From a virus, in the IMG/VR virus record IMGVR_UViG_3300020457_000004, positions 32,001 to 96,000 of that record: a stretch of DNA of 64,000 bases; one strand, written 5' to 3'. The position numbers and the translations under genes are program-made. The stretch's first letter is position 1. The number at the start of each line of letters is the position of its first letter. Below the pieces are notes generated by a model that was given only the letters and a program-made list of their open reading frames with translations, was not told the DNA's origin and did no database searches. This document shows positions 36,717 to 47,132 of the stretch, one piece after another.

Positions 36717-37417
36717 TTTAACTGAAAAGATTCTTGTTCTTTATATATTCTATCCAAGGTGTAGTGTGTTATAATAATAGGCATTCCCGCCAACTCTTCT
36801 GGTCGTTGTCCCATGCAGAAGTTCCATCTAGCATCTGGCCATGGGAAGTCTCCAACTTTAATTTTGTCCTTATATTTCTTTTCTAAAAGATACCACATAC
36901 TAAATGTATCCCACTTACAGACTTCTCTCGGATATGGTGATTGGTCATACTCTGGTCTAATCTGGTCACAGTATTGTTGAAACCAATCGTCCATCAATTC
37001 AAGTACAATAGGTTTCTTTTTATATACAAAGACACCACAATGATATATCATTTCCTCCGTATCATTTAACTTAGTTATCTTTGCATTGTATGGTCTGTTT
37101 CTAGTAAATATTATATCATTATCTTTTACAAATGTAAAGACCTTTTTTATATCTTCGTGTTGAATATAGGTGTCACAATCTATATACATTGTCTTTTCGT
37201 ATGGAGTTCTGGATAATGCCCAGAGTTTTGCTCTCACATGGTCATCACAATAAAATACATTATCAAACATACTTTTATCATATGTTCCATCCCACCTTTC
37301 TTCTGTAAAAAGTGTAATCTTTGCTTTGGGATGAAAGTCTAATAATGATTCAGCGGATTGAATAGCGGCTTGTAAATATCTTTCATCACGAGAAGCAACA
37401 TAAAGATATCCATTCAT
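36713..37417 (-). CDS. glycosyltransferase (GT8 / nucleotide-diphospho-sugar transferase-like)
   Basis: GYLYVAS...YL..A..SAESL, RAKLWALSRTPYE.T.YIDCDT, HCGVF.Y, WD.FSMW; TAATG overlap with the upstream gene. Confidence 0.78.
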   Translation of the reverse strand: MNGYLYVASRDERYLQAAIQSAESLLDFHPKAKITLFTEERWDGTYDKSMFDNVFYCDDHVRAKLWALSRTPYEKTMYIDCDTYIQHEDIKKVFTFVKDNDIIFTRNRPYNAKITKLNDTEEMIYHCGVFVYKKKPIVLELMDDWFQQYCDQIRPEYDQSPYPREVCKWDTFSMWYLLEKKYKDKIKVGDFPWPDARWNFCMGQRPEELAGMPIIITHYTLDRIYKEQESFQLK

Positions 37418-37860
37418 TACGGTTCCGTTGGTAATGCTTCTTTTTGAATCAATATAGTAACCCATGCTTGTACTTCTAACTGGGTTTTTGCTTTACGAAT
37501 AAGTTTTTTGATTTCTTTGTTGTTAGAGTTTTTGATTGCATCGATTTCAAAAGCTTCTAGTTTCATATTGAATAATGATTCTTGCAGTATTCTGTTCCTA
37601 TGAACCTCGCGTTGTTCAGCATCTTTTAGTTCTTGTTCTGCTACAACCTCTTTGTGTGCTTCTGTATTTTCATCGATATCTTTTTCGGTGAAGATTTCCA
37701 TGATGGCATTAAAGTCCTCATTGACAAGACCTTCTTTGATATTACCAACATTGATTTGTGCTGGACGATAATTCTTTCCAACCAAAATCTCGCAGAATAG
37801 CGATCGGTTTTCTTTATCTATCCATCGGGGGTTGCGATATTTCGCCTTTTCTTCGGTCAT
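37417..37860 (-). CDS. hypothetical protein, possible tail-fibre assembly chaperone-like
   Basis: YRNPRWID.E...L.CEI N-terminus resembles Tfa-like chaperones; C-terminal LF..KL.AFEI..IKNS.N...K..IRKAK. Confidence 0.45.
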   Translation of the reverse strand: MTEEKAKYRNPRWIDKENRSLFCEILVGKNYRPAQINVGNIKEGLVNEDFNAIMEIFTEKDIDENTEAHKEVVAEQELKDAEQREVHRNRILQESLFNMKLEAFEIDAIKNSNNKEIKKLIRKAKTQLEVQAWVTILIQKEALPTEP

Positions 37861-37881
37861 AATATTTCCTCATGATTAAAT

Positions 37882-37921
37882 GGGTAGGTTTATTATACAC
37901 CTACCCCACTATATATGTCAA
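37882..37921 (-). promoter_or_regulatory. sigma70 promoter with its -10 enclosed by an 8-bp inverted repeat
   Basis: TTGACA(37921-16)-18-TATAAT(37897-92); GGGTAGGT-N9-ACCTACCC. Confidence 0.7.
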
Positions 37922-37924
37922 GTC

Positions 37925-38899
37925 TTAAGCGGTTCTAATAAACAGCTGTTTTGTTTCTTGCGTGGAACTTGAAGTTTGTACGGTGTTACCGTCATAGTAT
38001 CCAGTATATGTACCAGAATATGTACCAGCGTATGCACCATTTAAGAATCCAGCAAAGAATCGGTCATAAAACCCAGTATATGACCCAGTATAGTCTCCAG
38101 CGTATGCTACAGTTGAGATGTCTTTTAATTGGTCAGTCATCGTTGACCCCATCTGTACCCATGTTCCAGTAGCAGATGGTGAGCCAGTTTGAAGTAAATA
38201 TGTTCCTACTCCACTAGCAATAATTCTATTTCTAAATGCGGGCACCATTGTATGTAAGTTTGCAGTTGACATTTCGTTTGGTTCGCCATCGTCACCAGCT
38301 TTTAGTAACAAGTTTGAATCTGTTCCAGCGTCTGTAGTTGGTGCGGTTTTTTGATAAAGAAAGTATGAAACATCTGTACCGTCAACTTGTGTTTCTGTAA
38401 TAGTATATCTTGCAGTCCATGTTCCACCAGAAGGCGCACCAGTTCCAATTTTATATTGTCCGACTGTATTTGCATCTTCGGCAGCCATTGCAGTTATAAC
38501 TAAGTCTAATACTTCAGTATCTAATTCTGTATCTGTTGCTTGTTCTAAAGCGGTTCCTGTCCATCTAAGGGGATTGATTTGTCCAGACTCACTAACAGAA
38601 GCAGTTGGTTGATTGAATCGGTGTACAGTATCCGTAGTGCTTCCACCAGAGGGGTGAGTACCTACAGCATCAGTTCTCTCTCTGTTTGTGAATGTGCCGA
38701 TTTCATCTCCGCCAGCAGAACCCCCAATTACAACATTTAGCTCAGCAGTACCCGAACCGTCTGTATCATCAGCGAATTTCTTTGTGATAACTCCTGCTAC
38801 TTGGTCTTTTATTTCAGTAGCAGATAGCTCCCTAAGACCCTGTAGGCCCCCAGCGGGAGTCGGATATGATCCTGCTTTAAGTGTAACTGGCCCTGCCAT
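37925..38899 (-). CDS. virion structural/fibre protein with C-terminal YxGx repeats
   Basis: Thr/Gly-rich; YAGDYTGSYTGFYDRFFAGFLNGAYAGTYSGTYTGYYDG. Confidence 0.65.
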   Translation of the reverse strand: MAGPVTLKAGSYPTPAGGLQGLRELSATEIKDQVAGVITKKFADDTDGSGTAELNVVIGGSAGGDEIGTFTNRERTDAVGTHPSGGSTTDTVHRFNQPTASVSESGQINPLRWTGTALEQATDTELDTEVLDLVITAMAAEDANTVGQYKIGTGAPSGGTWTARYTITETQVDGTDVSYFLYQKTAPTTDAGTDSNLLLKAGDDGEPNEMSTANLHTMVPAFRNRIIASGVGTYLLQTGSPSATGTWVQMGSTMTDQLKDISTVAYAGDYTGSYTGFYDRFFAGFLNGAYAGTYSGTYTGYYDGNTVQTSSSTQETKQLFIRTA

Positions 38900-38910
38900 T
38901 CAATTTCTCC

Positions 38911-39756
38911 TTAGTTGAGCAACGAACCAGATGAATTGTAGACTGCAAGTCCTCTGTGTTTCACCCAATTGGTCGCGTCTTGACATGTTAAAGTAATAGT
39001 AGTTTTCGCAGGCAGCGTTACAGCGGCATTTGCGGAACCACTTTCAATAGTATCCGATGAAGCGGGATACAATTTACAATCAGTTGTAGTGATATTAGCG
39101 ACAACTACATGTAGTCCAGCAGCAGCGGTTGGTAAAACAACTCCTTCTGCAGCTCCACCGACTGTACCGATTACATTAATTGTTTCAGTCAAAGCAGTTG
39201 CATCACCTTGAGCAGAACCAGCAGTTGAAACTGAAGCAGTTACTCCGTATTTCAACGAACCTAGCAATTCTGCGGAATCGTTTACTGTTATTTGAGATAA
39301 ATTACTACCACCAGAACCAACTTGTCTCCAACCACCAGTACTAACACCAACTAACTCAGCACCGTTTGAAGTTACTACTTCGATTGGTGCATTTGCAGAA
39401 CCACCATCTATGGTTTCTGTAGAAGCAGGATATACTTTAATAGTATTACCACTTACATTGTATATGTTGATTACTAGTCCAGCAGCGGCAGAGGGTAAAA
39501 TTACCCCTTGGTTAGCTGATGCAGTAGATATAATATTGTATGTTTTGGTTAATGCGGTTGCAGTACCCTGTGTACTACCAGCAGCGGATACCGTGGCAGC
39601 GATGCCAAAAGTAACATTGCCACTCGCAGTAAGAGTACCAACTGACACATTATTACCCGACTCATACTTGTCGTTGTTGAGGTTACTAAAGTTAGTATCC
39701 ACCTCAGTATTAGTGAGGGGTGAACCCTTAGATGCTCTTAGTGTTATAGTTGACAT
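38911..39756 (-). CDS. short fibre protein with duplicated domain
   Basis: TLR..KGSPLTN.EVD.NF.NLN fibre N-terminus; two copies of VS.AGS.QG.ATALT...GV.LP.AAAGL...YPAS..TI..GSANA. Confidence 0.7.
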   Translation of the reverse strand: MSTITLRASKGSPLTNTEVDTNFSNLNNDKYESGNNVSVGTLTASGNVTFGIAATVSAAGSTQGTATALTKTYNIISTASANQGVILPSAAAGLVINIYNVSGNTIKVYPASTETIDGGSANAPIEVVTSNGAELVGVSTGGWRQVGSGGSNLSQITVNDSAELLGSLKYGVTASVSTAGSAQGDATALTETINVIGTVGGAAEGVVLPTAAAGLHVVVANITTTDCKLYPASSDTIESGSANAAVTLPAKTTITLTCQDATNWVKHRGLAVYNSSGSLLN

Positions 39757-39771
39757 GTCTCTTCCCTATCT

Positions 39772-40005
39772 TTATTTATCAATGTTATTAACAAGTTGCA
39801 TTAAAATGCTTTTGATTTCTTGGAAATCTTCTTTCAGACTATTTATATCATCTGACATTTCAGTTATTTGACTGTTTCTTTGATTCGCCAAATATTTTCT
39901 TCGTTTGTACGCAGCTAAACCAGAATTGTCTACATTTACCAAAGCACCAGATTCTTTATCTCTGTTATATTCTAAACTTGATACTTGTCCTAATTCGCTT
40001 GCCAT
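39772..40005 (-). CDS. conserved hypothetical protein downstream of the VrlC-like gene
   Basis: RD..SGALVN.D...L.AYK plus C-terminal coiled coil. Confidence 0.7.
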   Translation of the reverse strand: MASELGQVSSLEYNRDKESGALVNVDNSGLAAYKRRKYLANQRNSQITEMSDDINSLKEDFQEIKSILMQLVNNIDK

Positions 40006-40015
40006 ATTCTATTTA

Positions 40016-43000
40016 TCACGCCTGTAAGGCGATAATCCTCAATTGTTTTGCTTCTGGTACTTGAGAAGTGTTTGATGTAAGCATTACCAATTTACTTGAG
40101 AAATACTTAAATCTCTTAAACTCTGTGTCTGCAACCGTACATGTGACAGCGGGTCTTGTTCCTCTAAATGTCCATGTAACCGTTCCATCTGTAGCAGTAC
40201 CAGAACCGTGTGTAGGCGCAGAACTAGCAGAAGCTGCACCAGTTGTACCACCTACTGTTGCTTCATATATGTTACCAGAATTACCTATAATTGTTCCTGT
40301 AGCATAAAATTTACTTACCGCGTGGTCATCGAATACTTTAACAGTTGGTGCGGTAGTATATCCTCGGCCTGGGTCTACAATTTCTAAAGTTGCGAGACCA
40401 CCAGCAGACAATGCAGTACATTTAATTTGTGCCTGTTTAGTAACAGCAGAACCACCTCCACTAAATGAGAAGTTTACAGAACTTGCACTTGCGATACCAC
40501 TTCCAGCAGTACCGATTGTTAGAGCGTTTACACGCTTAACAGATTGTGTAAATATTCCATCTGAGTCTAAAGCAGTACTAGGCAACTTGTAGTTAAAGTC
40601 GATAAACCTACTTTGTGACATAGCAATTCCTTTCGGATTTGTATCGTCAAGTTCCATTTCTATCCAAGGTAAATCTTCGTAAAAATCTCCATCATCTTCT
40701 ATTGCTTGTCCTTTGAAGTAAATTTTAAATGAAGAGCCAGGCGGTTGTCTTAGAGCAACTGAAAGTCTTACATCCTCTGCTTCTTGTCCATCAGCAAGAC
40801 GAACTCTCCTTGAAATAAACTTAGATAATGCGTTACCAGTATTAGTTTCTTCACCAGTAGAATCATTGTTGATATCAAATTTTCTTAGTATAGCAGCATT
40901 ACGATATAGTGATATAACTGGAGAAAGAAGTGTGGTATCAGTACTCAATTCATACCTGTGTCGATAACTCTTCTTAGCTACTTTAGAACCACCAGTAAAT
41001 GCAAACTCGTTCTTCGCGGAGAACAGACCAGCCTCTAGAACAGTAGGTTGTCTGACAACTGGTAATATATCCGTAAATGTAGAACCAGCAGCAGTTGAAC
41101 CAGTAGAGTTTGTTACACATGCTTTATATTTAATTTGAGCTTCTGGGAATTCTTTAACAGTCATGTTAGTTCTAAGACTATTAAAGGTCTTGTTAAAGAT
41201 ACTGGCAATCTTAAATGAAGTATTCCTATTGAATCCTTGTTCTCCGTCAGCAGTAACAGGGTCACCTGTTCCCAAGACATCACCTACAGCAAAAAGGAAG
41301 TCAGAATCACCAGCGTAAGCAGCATCTATTGTTTCTTTATCATAGATGATTTCCATCTTTTCTGTTCGTGGGTCTACTTCGTCTATCTGTCCGTGTTTAA
41401 TCTTTAATGTAAATGTAGCACCAGAACCACCAGTAGGAGTAACAGAAGCCTGTCCTGTAGTTGGTATAGAAACATTAGCAGGAAAATCACTTGCTCTTTG
41501 TGGTTTAAATCCTATACCAGCATCATGAATTTCTACTCCAGTTACTACACCAGAACTTACTGAAGTTACTTTTAATTTGACTCCAGAACCAGAAAGATTA
41601 TTACTGGATGAAGCAGTAGCAGTCTGGACATTAATTGCGTTCAATGTAATAATATCATTGACACTATAACCAGAACCACCACCAGCGATACCAACTTTAA
41701 ATGTATGAACATCTTGTCCATCAATCGGTCTACCGTTTAGATAATCTGAAGCAGTAATAAATTCTGCATCTTCGTTTACAAACTCGCATGTTCCAGAACC
41801 AACTGTAAATCTTTCATAGAAAGCCACATATTTCAAGTCTTCTGTTTGGTGAGGACTCCAAGCCCTGTTGTTTGATGAAGTAAATAACATTCCAGCGATA
41901 TCAGTTTCTTCCGCAGTTACCCTTTCTTCTGTTCCTATTTTATTTTCACCTAACTTAGAACACCAAACATTGTAATTGGGGTCATTTCGTTGAGGCATAA
42001 GAACCATGGCGTATTCTTCATTTGGTGCGACATAAATTGGTTCATCAAACTCAAAGTCTGTAGCAACATCTGCTGTAAACTGATAGTTAGTTTGTCTACC
42101 ACCAGATATATCTGGAGTTGTTTTTACTTCTGATGCTTTTAAGAACTTCCTAGCACCAGAAAGAACTACATCGGTTGGGAACCCATTTAAAACTTTTCTA
42201 AGTTCACATGTAATACCCTGTCCAGTATCAGTTGCTGAATTTGCAACATTAGCAGATTGGCCTGGTCTGTCTCTAAACCAAACTCTCATTTTCTTTATAA
42301 ATGCTCCACTTGGTGCATCACCGATACCAAATGTTTGAGCGATTGGGTCTCCCCTTCTTATAGGTGGATGGTGAATAAATGTTGGTGAGGTAACATCAAG
42401 TCTGGCGTTTAAGTCTGCATTGAGAGTCATTTCGCCTGGCTGAAGGTCTACATCTGTAACCATTGTTCCTTTCTTTTCAAGTACTGGTTCACCTACAGTA
42501 GTTGAAGTAGTCATCGCGTGTTGTTCGTAAACTATATCTGTTTCCTTTTGGAAAACATTCATGGCAAAAGCAGAGTAAATATTTTCTGCTGATGTTGTTA
42601 CAAAATTGTATCTATCTTCTGGGTCATCTGTTACTCGCATCCTTCTTGTACCTACGGCAAATGTAGGTAGTCCAGCAGCTTCCGCTGAACCATCATTACC
42701 TCTTGGTAACCAGTAAACAAAAGCAGCGTCACCGTTTGAGTCAGTAACAATAGGTGAACCTATATCAGCAGGAGCAGAAGCACTAAACAGATAGTTTTTA
42801 CTTTCATCTTCAACACCACCCAAAGGAGCGGCATTTAATCTTGCACCTAAGAATATGTGTCCTGTTCTGGAACCAGATGCTTTCCATGCTGGAATCAGAG
42901 CGTCAAACCCGCCTGGGTCACAAGGACAACATCTATCATCTTGTCTGATATCATCAAAGTAGAAATATAATCTTGTGTTGGGTTTCATTCTGCGAACCCT

Positions 43001-46000
43001 AACACCTATTCTGTTTCCTCTCATGTTTGGTAGTAGAGAAACATCCGTAACAAAGTTACCTAATGGGTGTACTTGAGTGTCTACAGCGGATGCTGTCGCG
43101 GTGGTTATTATGGAAGTAGTTTTCTGTACAATGTCTTGAACCTCCATAGTTTGAGTAGCAGTTGCACTCGCAGAAATTGTACCGCCAATATCACCAGTTA
43201 CCGAACCATCTCCTCTTTGTTCAAACCATCCATTTCTTGCACCGCCATTTAGTGTTGTAATACTTTGTGATACATCACCAGTAATTGTTCCAGTTGCGTC
43301 AGTTTCACCAGAAATTGTAATCGCTTCTTTTTCAACTGGTCGGGTTCCCCCCTCAACAAAACTTCCATCTGAATTTAACAAACCAGCTTCAAAACTAGTT
43401 TCAAATCTAACAGCATTATCACTATTATTAAAAGAGTCAACTTGAGCTTGAACAGCGGCAGCATTTGATAATGTAATTACATTTTTCTGTTGTTGAGTTT
43501 TAAAAGTAGCACCCGAATCTGAACGAGGGAATAAATCCATTTCACCGTCATAGTTAAACAACAATTCACCTACACAGTTTCTTACCTTAGTTGCGAATCT
43601 ATTTTCTAATCCAGCTTCTAAAACAAAAGGTCTTGTAATTGAACTACCTTGTTGAACCCACCCAGAAGTGCCATGTGTGTCATTTAATTTTAAGTCTACT
43701 TGATAGTCATCAAAGTTAGGCCCTAATCTTTTCTTCTGAGAATCATAAGAAGCAGCATAACTTGGGTCTGATAAATCACTTAGTAGGTCTCCATCAAATG
43801 AGTTTACATAGATACCATTTTTAAATCTATCATTTCCGTTTGAGTCTAGAATAACTTGGTCTTTTGCTTGCATTTCCATTAGACTTAAAGCAAGATAATA
43901 TTCTAGTCTATCAATTCTTTTTGAGATTGCACCAATGTCTCTCATGGTGAATCGTCTATGTTGTCCCTCTAGTTTATGAAAGACAGCATTTAATTCTTGT
44001 CCAAATCTAGCAGCAAGTCCTGGCGCCAATGATGGGAAAGGTGGAATTTGTATTTCAGCAATCTGCATTGCATCATCCATAGATGGCCCTTTAGCAGGCA
44101 GAGCAGATATACCCTCGACAATCTTCATCTGACCAGATTTACTTATAACAAGTTTATCTATTCTAGGCAGATAGTATTCTACATCTGTTGTAAAATTACT
44201 ATTAGGTGTCGGGAATTGAATACCGTTTGAAGGTAAATCAAAATCATCTGTAGGATATGGATTTTCAGTAGCAACTTCTAATGTTGTAGCAGATACAGCA
44301 GTCTGTTTACTTCTTGGTCTAAAATCAATCGCATCCCTAAGATTAAAGTTACCTAGTTTTTTAGAATTGTGATAAGGAATTTCAAATGTGTATATACCAG
44401 TAGCACCAGTATCGTCTACTGGATAAGAATCTTTTGCAAAGTATGTTCCATTTGAACCACCATAGTTAGCGGTAAAGTGACTCAATTTAACTGTTAAAAG
44501 TTTGTCTGTTGTGTTGAGAGAACTTGTTGCTTTTTTAACTATTTTTGAGTGACCATAGAAGTTATCGTTCTGTCCAGTATCTAAAATAAAATCTTTTTTA
44601 TGGTTAATTTTATTATCTGAATCGTCTAAGTATGTGTTTAAGTCTGAAGAAACATATATCGCTTCAATTTCCTTAACATCTACTATACCAAGAGGCCATG
44701 GCCCGTTTGCACCGCCGACATTATCTCGCGTGTCAATCTTGACATATCTACCAGTATTGAGTGCTTTTGGTACTGGAACAGCATCAACTACTTTTACTTC
44801 TACTTGTAAGTAAGCGTCATATGTTCCACTAGGTGTACCAACATCAAACTCCATTGTTTGACCGTTAGCAGCAGCTGTAACCATGCTTGGGGTAATTCTA
44901 ATAACTCGACCTTCAGAACCAGAAATAGTAGTACCATCACCAATATCTGTGATACCAGAAGTCTTACATACCATGTAAATTTTATTATCTAATATTGTCT
45001 GTGTCAAACCAGCAACACTATATGGGAATATTACTTCTGAACCAAGTGATGCAGTACTGATACTAAACTGACCATTAGCAGGAACACTTACATTGAATTC
45101 TTCTGTATAAAAATATTGAGTATCATATGTTCCACCACCAGCAGCTGCAAGGGTCTTAGTTGACTGCCAAGGTGCTTGATAAACTAATTTGTTGTAATCT
45201 GTTCCGTGTACAAAAGCAGTATCACCAGTTCCATTTCCAGTTGTATCATCGAGTATGATGTCAGCGAAACCACTATCAGTAGAATTTGGGAATTGAATAC
45301 ATCTCGCGTCCCCAATTTTTCCATCTCGTATTCTTACATCATATACAAAAAGTCTGTATTGTGTAGCAGCAGCGCCTGGGTTTCCAGATGCCCTCTTTAA
45401 GGCACGAACCCTACATGTACCAATAGTTGTTCCTAAAGCAGCATGTCCACCAAATGTTCCATCTGAGTGAGCGGCTGCACCTGTCTGTGAACCTATACTT
45501 CCAAAGAATCCAATATTACATACCCCACCATTTTCTATATCAAATGTACCAACAACTTCTTTAACATTAAAATAGTTACCATATCCTAATGTGACATCTC
45601 TAGATTCTTTGGTTTCTGTAGATGTTCCTTTTCTAATTTTTATTGGTTGGTTTTTGAAATATTCTCTTCGGAATCCATTTGCGTATGCAATGCCTGGCGA
45701 AACAAGTGCCATAAGCGCATTTGCATCGCCTGGGTCTGTAGCGTTTGTACTAAATCTATATCCTTCGTTATCTATTCTATATGATACACCTCTGTAACCA
45801 AAACTTACTGTGCCACTAAGAACATCTCCACTTGTATGTACTGGTGGAGTACCAGAATTAGAGGTTCCAGCAATATTCACTTCATAAAGATTACCTAAGT
45901 GATTTACATATTGACCCACACTATAATTGGTATTTGTTGATGTATTAAAAGTTACACCTTTTAATGTTTTTAAATGCTCTACTATTTTTATAGTAAACGG

Positions 46001-47122
46001 TTCAATTACATAATCACCATCTGTTTCATTTTTCTCTACAGCAAGAGCTTTACCGAGTTCTGCAAGTTCATTTAATCTGGTATCATATTTCTTTTGTATC
46101 TGTCCTTGTTTTACTTTATAAAGAGCAGTAAACCCAGTTGGCATTTCAAAATATTTAAATACCACAGTACCATCTGTCGCGTTACCTGTAGTATGAGTTG
46201 GGCCATCACCAACTGAATTAGTTGTACCAGAGGTAGTAACTTCGTAAATGTTATCACCGTTTGATATAAACTCACCGATTTCATATATTGTTGAGTTAGC
46301 GTAATCTTTTCCGTATGGAACTTTTGTAATTACGGTGTCTATTTTAGTTCTATCGGCGCCTGGTGCATTAAAGTTGAAAGCACCTGTAGCGGGGTCTAGA
46401 AGACTTGAATCATCATCTGAAGTTACAATTGACTCATTTACTTTGATACCAACAAAGAAGTTGACATTCATATTGAAATCGTCAAGTCTTAGTGTCTGAG
46501 TATCATGAGCAATAAATTTACCTTGAGCGTATATAATACCTTCTTCTATAACAAAGTCTATCGCGTACCCATAAAAGTTTTTGGTAAAACTAGCAATGTC
46601 TGTATTATTATCTACAACAAAGGTATCTCCGTTTCTTCCAGAGTCAGTACTAGTTACAGTTAATGTTTCTCCTGCCTCAAATCTTATTGAAGATTCAATA
46701 ATACCAGATTCTAATTCATTACCTTTGGTGTAGTTAAGATAAAATGTTTTCTTTTTAACTGCATCTGTGTCACTTCCAGTTTTACAATCTTTAATTTCTG
46801 CTTTGATTCCTGTCGTAGAACCAGTTATTGTGTCGCCAATATAATTTGCAAGAGTGTCATTTGATACGGCAGTACCAGAAGAATCAACATCGTTAATTTT
46901 AATATAAGGGACAAGGACAGGATATCCAGAACCACCTCTTACTGTAGCACCATCGGTGAATACAAAATCACCAAATTCTTTTATGGTGTTTAACACATAA
47001 TCTTGTAACTGGGTTAACTCTCTGGCTTGTACCGCAACTCCAGGCTTGAAGACTACGCGATTAAACTTTTTCGCTGCTGAAAAATCGTTATAATAAGGTG
47101 TTACATTTAAATCAATCGCCAT
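40016..47122 (-). CDS. large baseplate/virion structural protein (VrlC / DUF4815-like)
   Basis: LNVTPYY.DF, RV.F.PG..VQARELTQLQ, APGADR, YYLPRID, RFTMRDIG....RI.RLEYY..LSL.E, RFKNG..V..F, DPIAQTF. Confidence 0.9.
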   Translation of the reverse strand: MAIDLNVTPYYNDFSAAKKFNRVVFKPGVAVQARELTQLQDYVLNTIKEFGDFVFTDGATVRGGSGYPVLVPYIKINDVDSSGTAVSNDTLANYIGDTITGSTTGIKAEIKDCKTGSDTDAVKKKTFYLNYTKGNELESGIIESSIRFEAGETLTVTSTDSGRNGDTFVVDNNTDIASFTKNFYGYAIDFVIEEGIIYAQGKFIAHDTQTLRLDDFNMNVNFFVGIKVNESIVTSDDDSSLLDPATGAFNFNAPGADRTKIDTVITKVPYGKDYANSTIYEIGEFISNGDNIYEVTTSGTTNSVGDGPTHTTGNATDGTVVFKYFEMPTGFTALYKVKQGQIQKKYDTRLNELAELGKALAVEKNETDGDYVIEPFTIKIVEHLKTLKGVTFNTSTNTNYSVGQYVNHLGNLYEVNIAGTSNSGTPPVHTSGDVLSGTVSFGYRGVSYRIDNEGYRFSTNATDPGDANALMALVSPGIAYANGFRREYFKNQPIKIRKGTSTETKESRDVTLGYGNYFNVKEVVGTFDIENGGVCNIGFFGSIGSQTGAAAHSDGTFGGHAALGTTIGTCRVRALKRASGNPGAAATQYRLFVYDVRIRDGKIGDARCIQFPNSTDSGFADIILDDTTGNGTGDTAFVHGTDYNKLVYQAPWQSTKTLAAAGGGTYDTQYFYTEEFNVSVPANGQFSISTASLGSEVIFPYSVAGLTQTILDNKIYMVCKTSGITDIGDGTTISGSEGRVIRITPSMVTAAANGQTMEFDVGTPSGTYDAYLQVEVKVVDAVPVPKALNTGRYVKIDTRDNVGGANGPWPLGIVDVKEIEAIYVSSDLNTYLDDSDNKINHKKDFILDTGQNDNFYGHSKIVKKATSSLNTTDKLLTVKLSHFTANYGGSNGTYFAKDSYPVDDTGATGIYTFEIPYHNSKKLGNFNLRDAIDFRPRSKQTAVSATTLEVATENPYPTDDFDLPSNGIQFPTPNSNFTTDVEYYLPRIDKLVISKSGQMKIVEGISALPAKGPSMDDAMQIAEIQIPPFPSLAPGLAARFGQELNAVFHKLEGQHRRFTMRDIGAISKRIDRLEYYLALSLMEMQAKDQVILDSNGNDRFKNGIYVNSFDGDLLSDLSDPSYAASYDSQKKRLGPNFDDYQVDLKLNDTHGTSGWVQQGSSITRPFVLEAGLENRFATKVRNCVGELLFNYDGEMDLFPRSDSGATFKTQQQKNVITLSNAAAVQAQVDSFNNSDNAVRFETSFEAGLLNSDGSFVEGGTRPVEKEAITISGETDATGTITGDVSQSITTLNGGARNGWFEQRGDGSVTGDIGGTISASATATQTMEVQDIVQKTTSIITTATASAVDTQVHPLGNFVTDVSLLPNMRGNRIGVRVRRMKPNTRLYFYFDDIRQDDRCCPCDPGGFDALIPAWKASGSRTGHIFLGARLNAAPLGGVEDESKNYLFSASAPADIGSPIVTDSNGDAAFVYWLPRGNDGSAEAAGLPTFAVGTRRMRVTDDPEDRYNFVTTSAENIYSAFAMNVFQKETDIVYEQHAMTTSTTVGEPVLEKKGTMVTDVDLQPGEMTLNADLNARLDVTSPTFIHHPPIRRGDPIAQTFGIGDAPSGAFIKKMRVWFRDRPGQSANVANSATDTGQGITCELRKVLNGFPTDVVLSGARKFLKASEVKTTPDISGGRQTNYQFTADVATDFEFDEPIYVAPNEEYAMVLMPQRNDPNYNVWCSKLGENKIGTEERVTAEETDIAGMLFTSSNNRAWSPHQTEDLKYVAFYERFTVGSGTCEFVNEDAEFITASDYLNGRPIDGQDVHTFKVGIAGGGSGYSVNDIITLNAINVQTATASSSNNLSGSGVKLKVTSVSSGVVTGVEIHDAGIGFKPQRASDFPANVSIPTTGQASVTPTGGSGATFTLKIKHGQIDEVDPRTEKMEIIYDKETIDAAYAGDSDFLFAVGDVLGTGDPVTADGEQGFNRNTSFKIASIFNKTFNSLRTNMTVKEFPEAQIKYKACVTNSTGSTAAGSTFTDILPVVRQPTVLEAGLFSAKNEFAFTGGSKVAKKSYRHRYELSTDTTLLSPVISLYRNAAILRKFDINNDSTGEETNTGNALSKFISRRVRLADGQEAEDVRLSVALRQPPGSSFKIYFKGQAIEDDGDFYEDLPWIEMELDDTNPKGIAMSQSRFIDFNYKLPSTALDSDGIFTQSVKRVNALTIGTAGSGIASASSVNFSFSGGGSAVTKQAQIKCTALSAGGLATLEIVDPGRGYTTAPTVKVFDDHAVSKFYATGTIIGNSGNIYEATVGGTTGAASASSAPTHGSGTATDGTVTWTFRGTRPAVTCTVADTEFKRFKYFSSKLVMLTSNTSQVPEAKQLRIIALQA

Positions 47123-47132
47123 TTCTTTTCCC

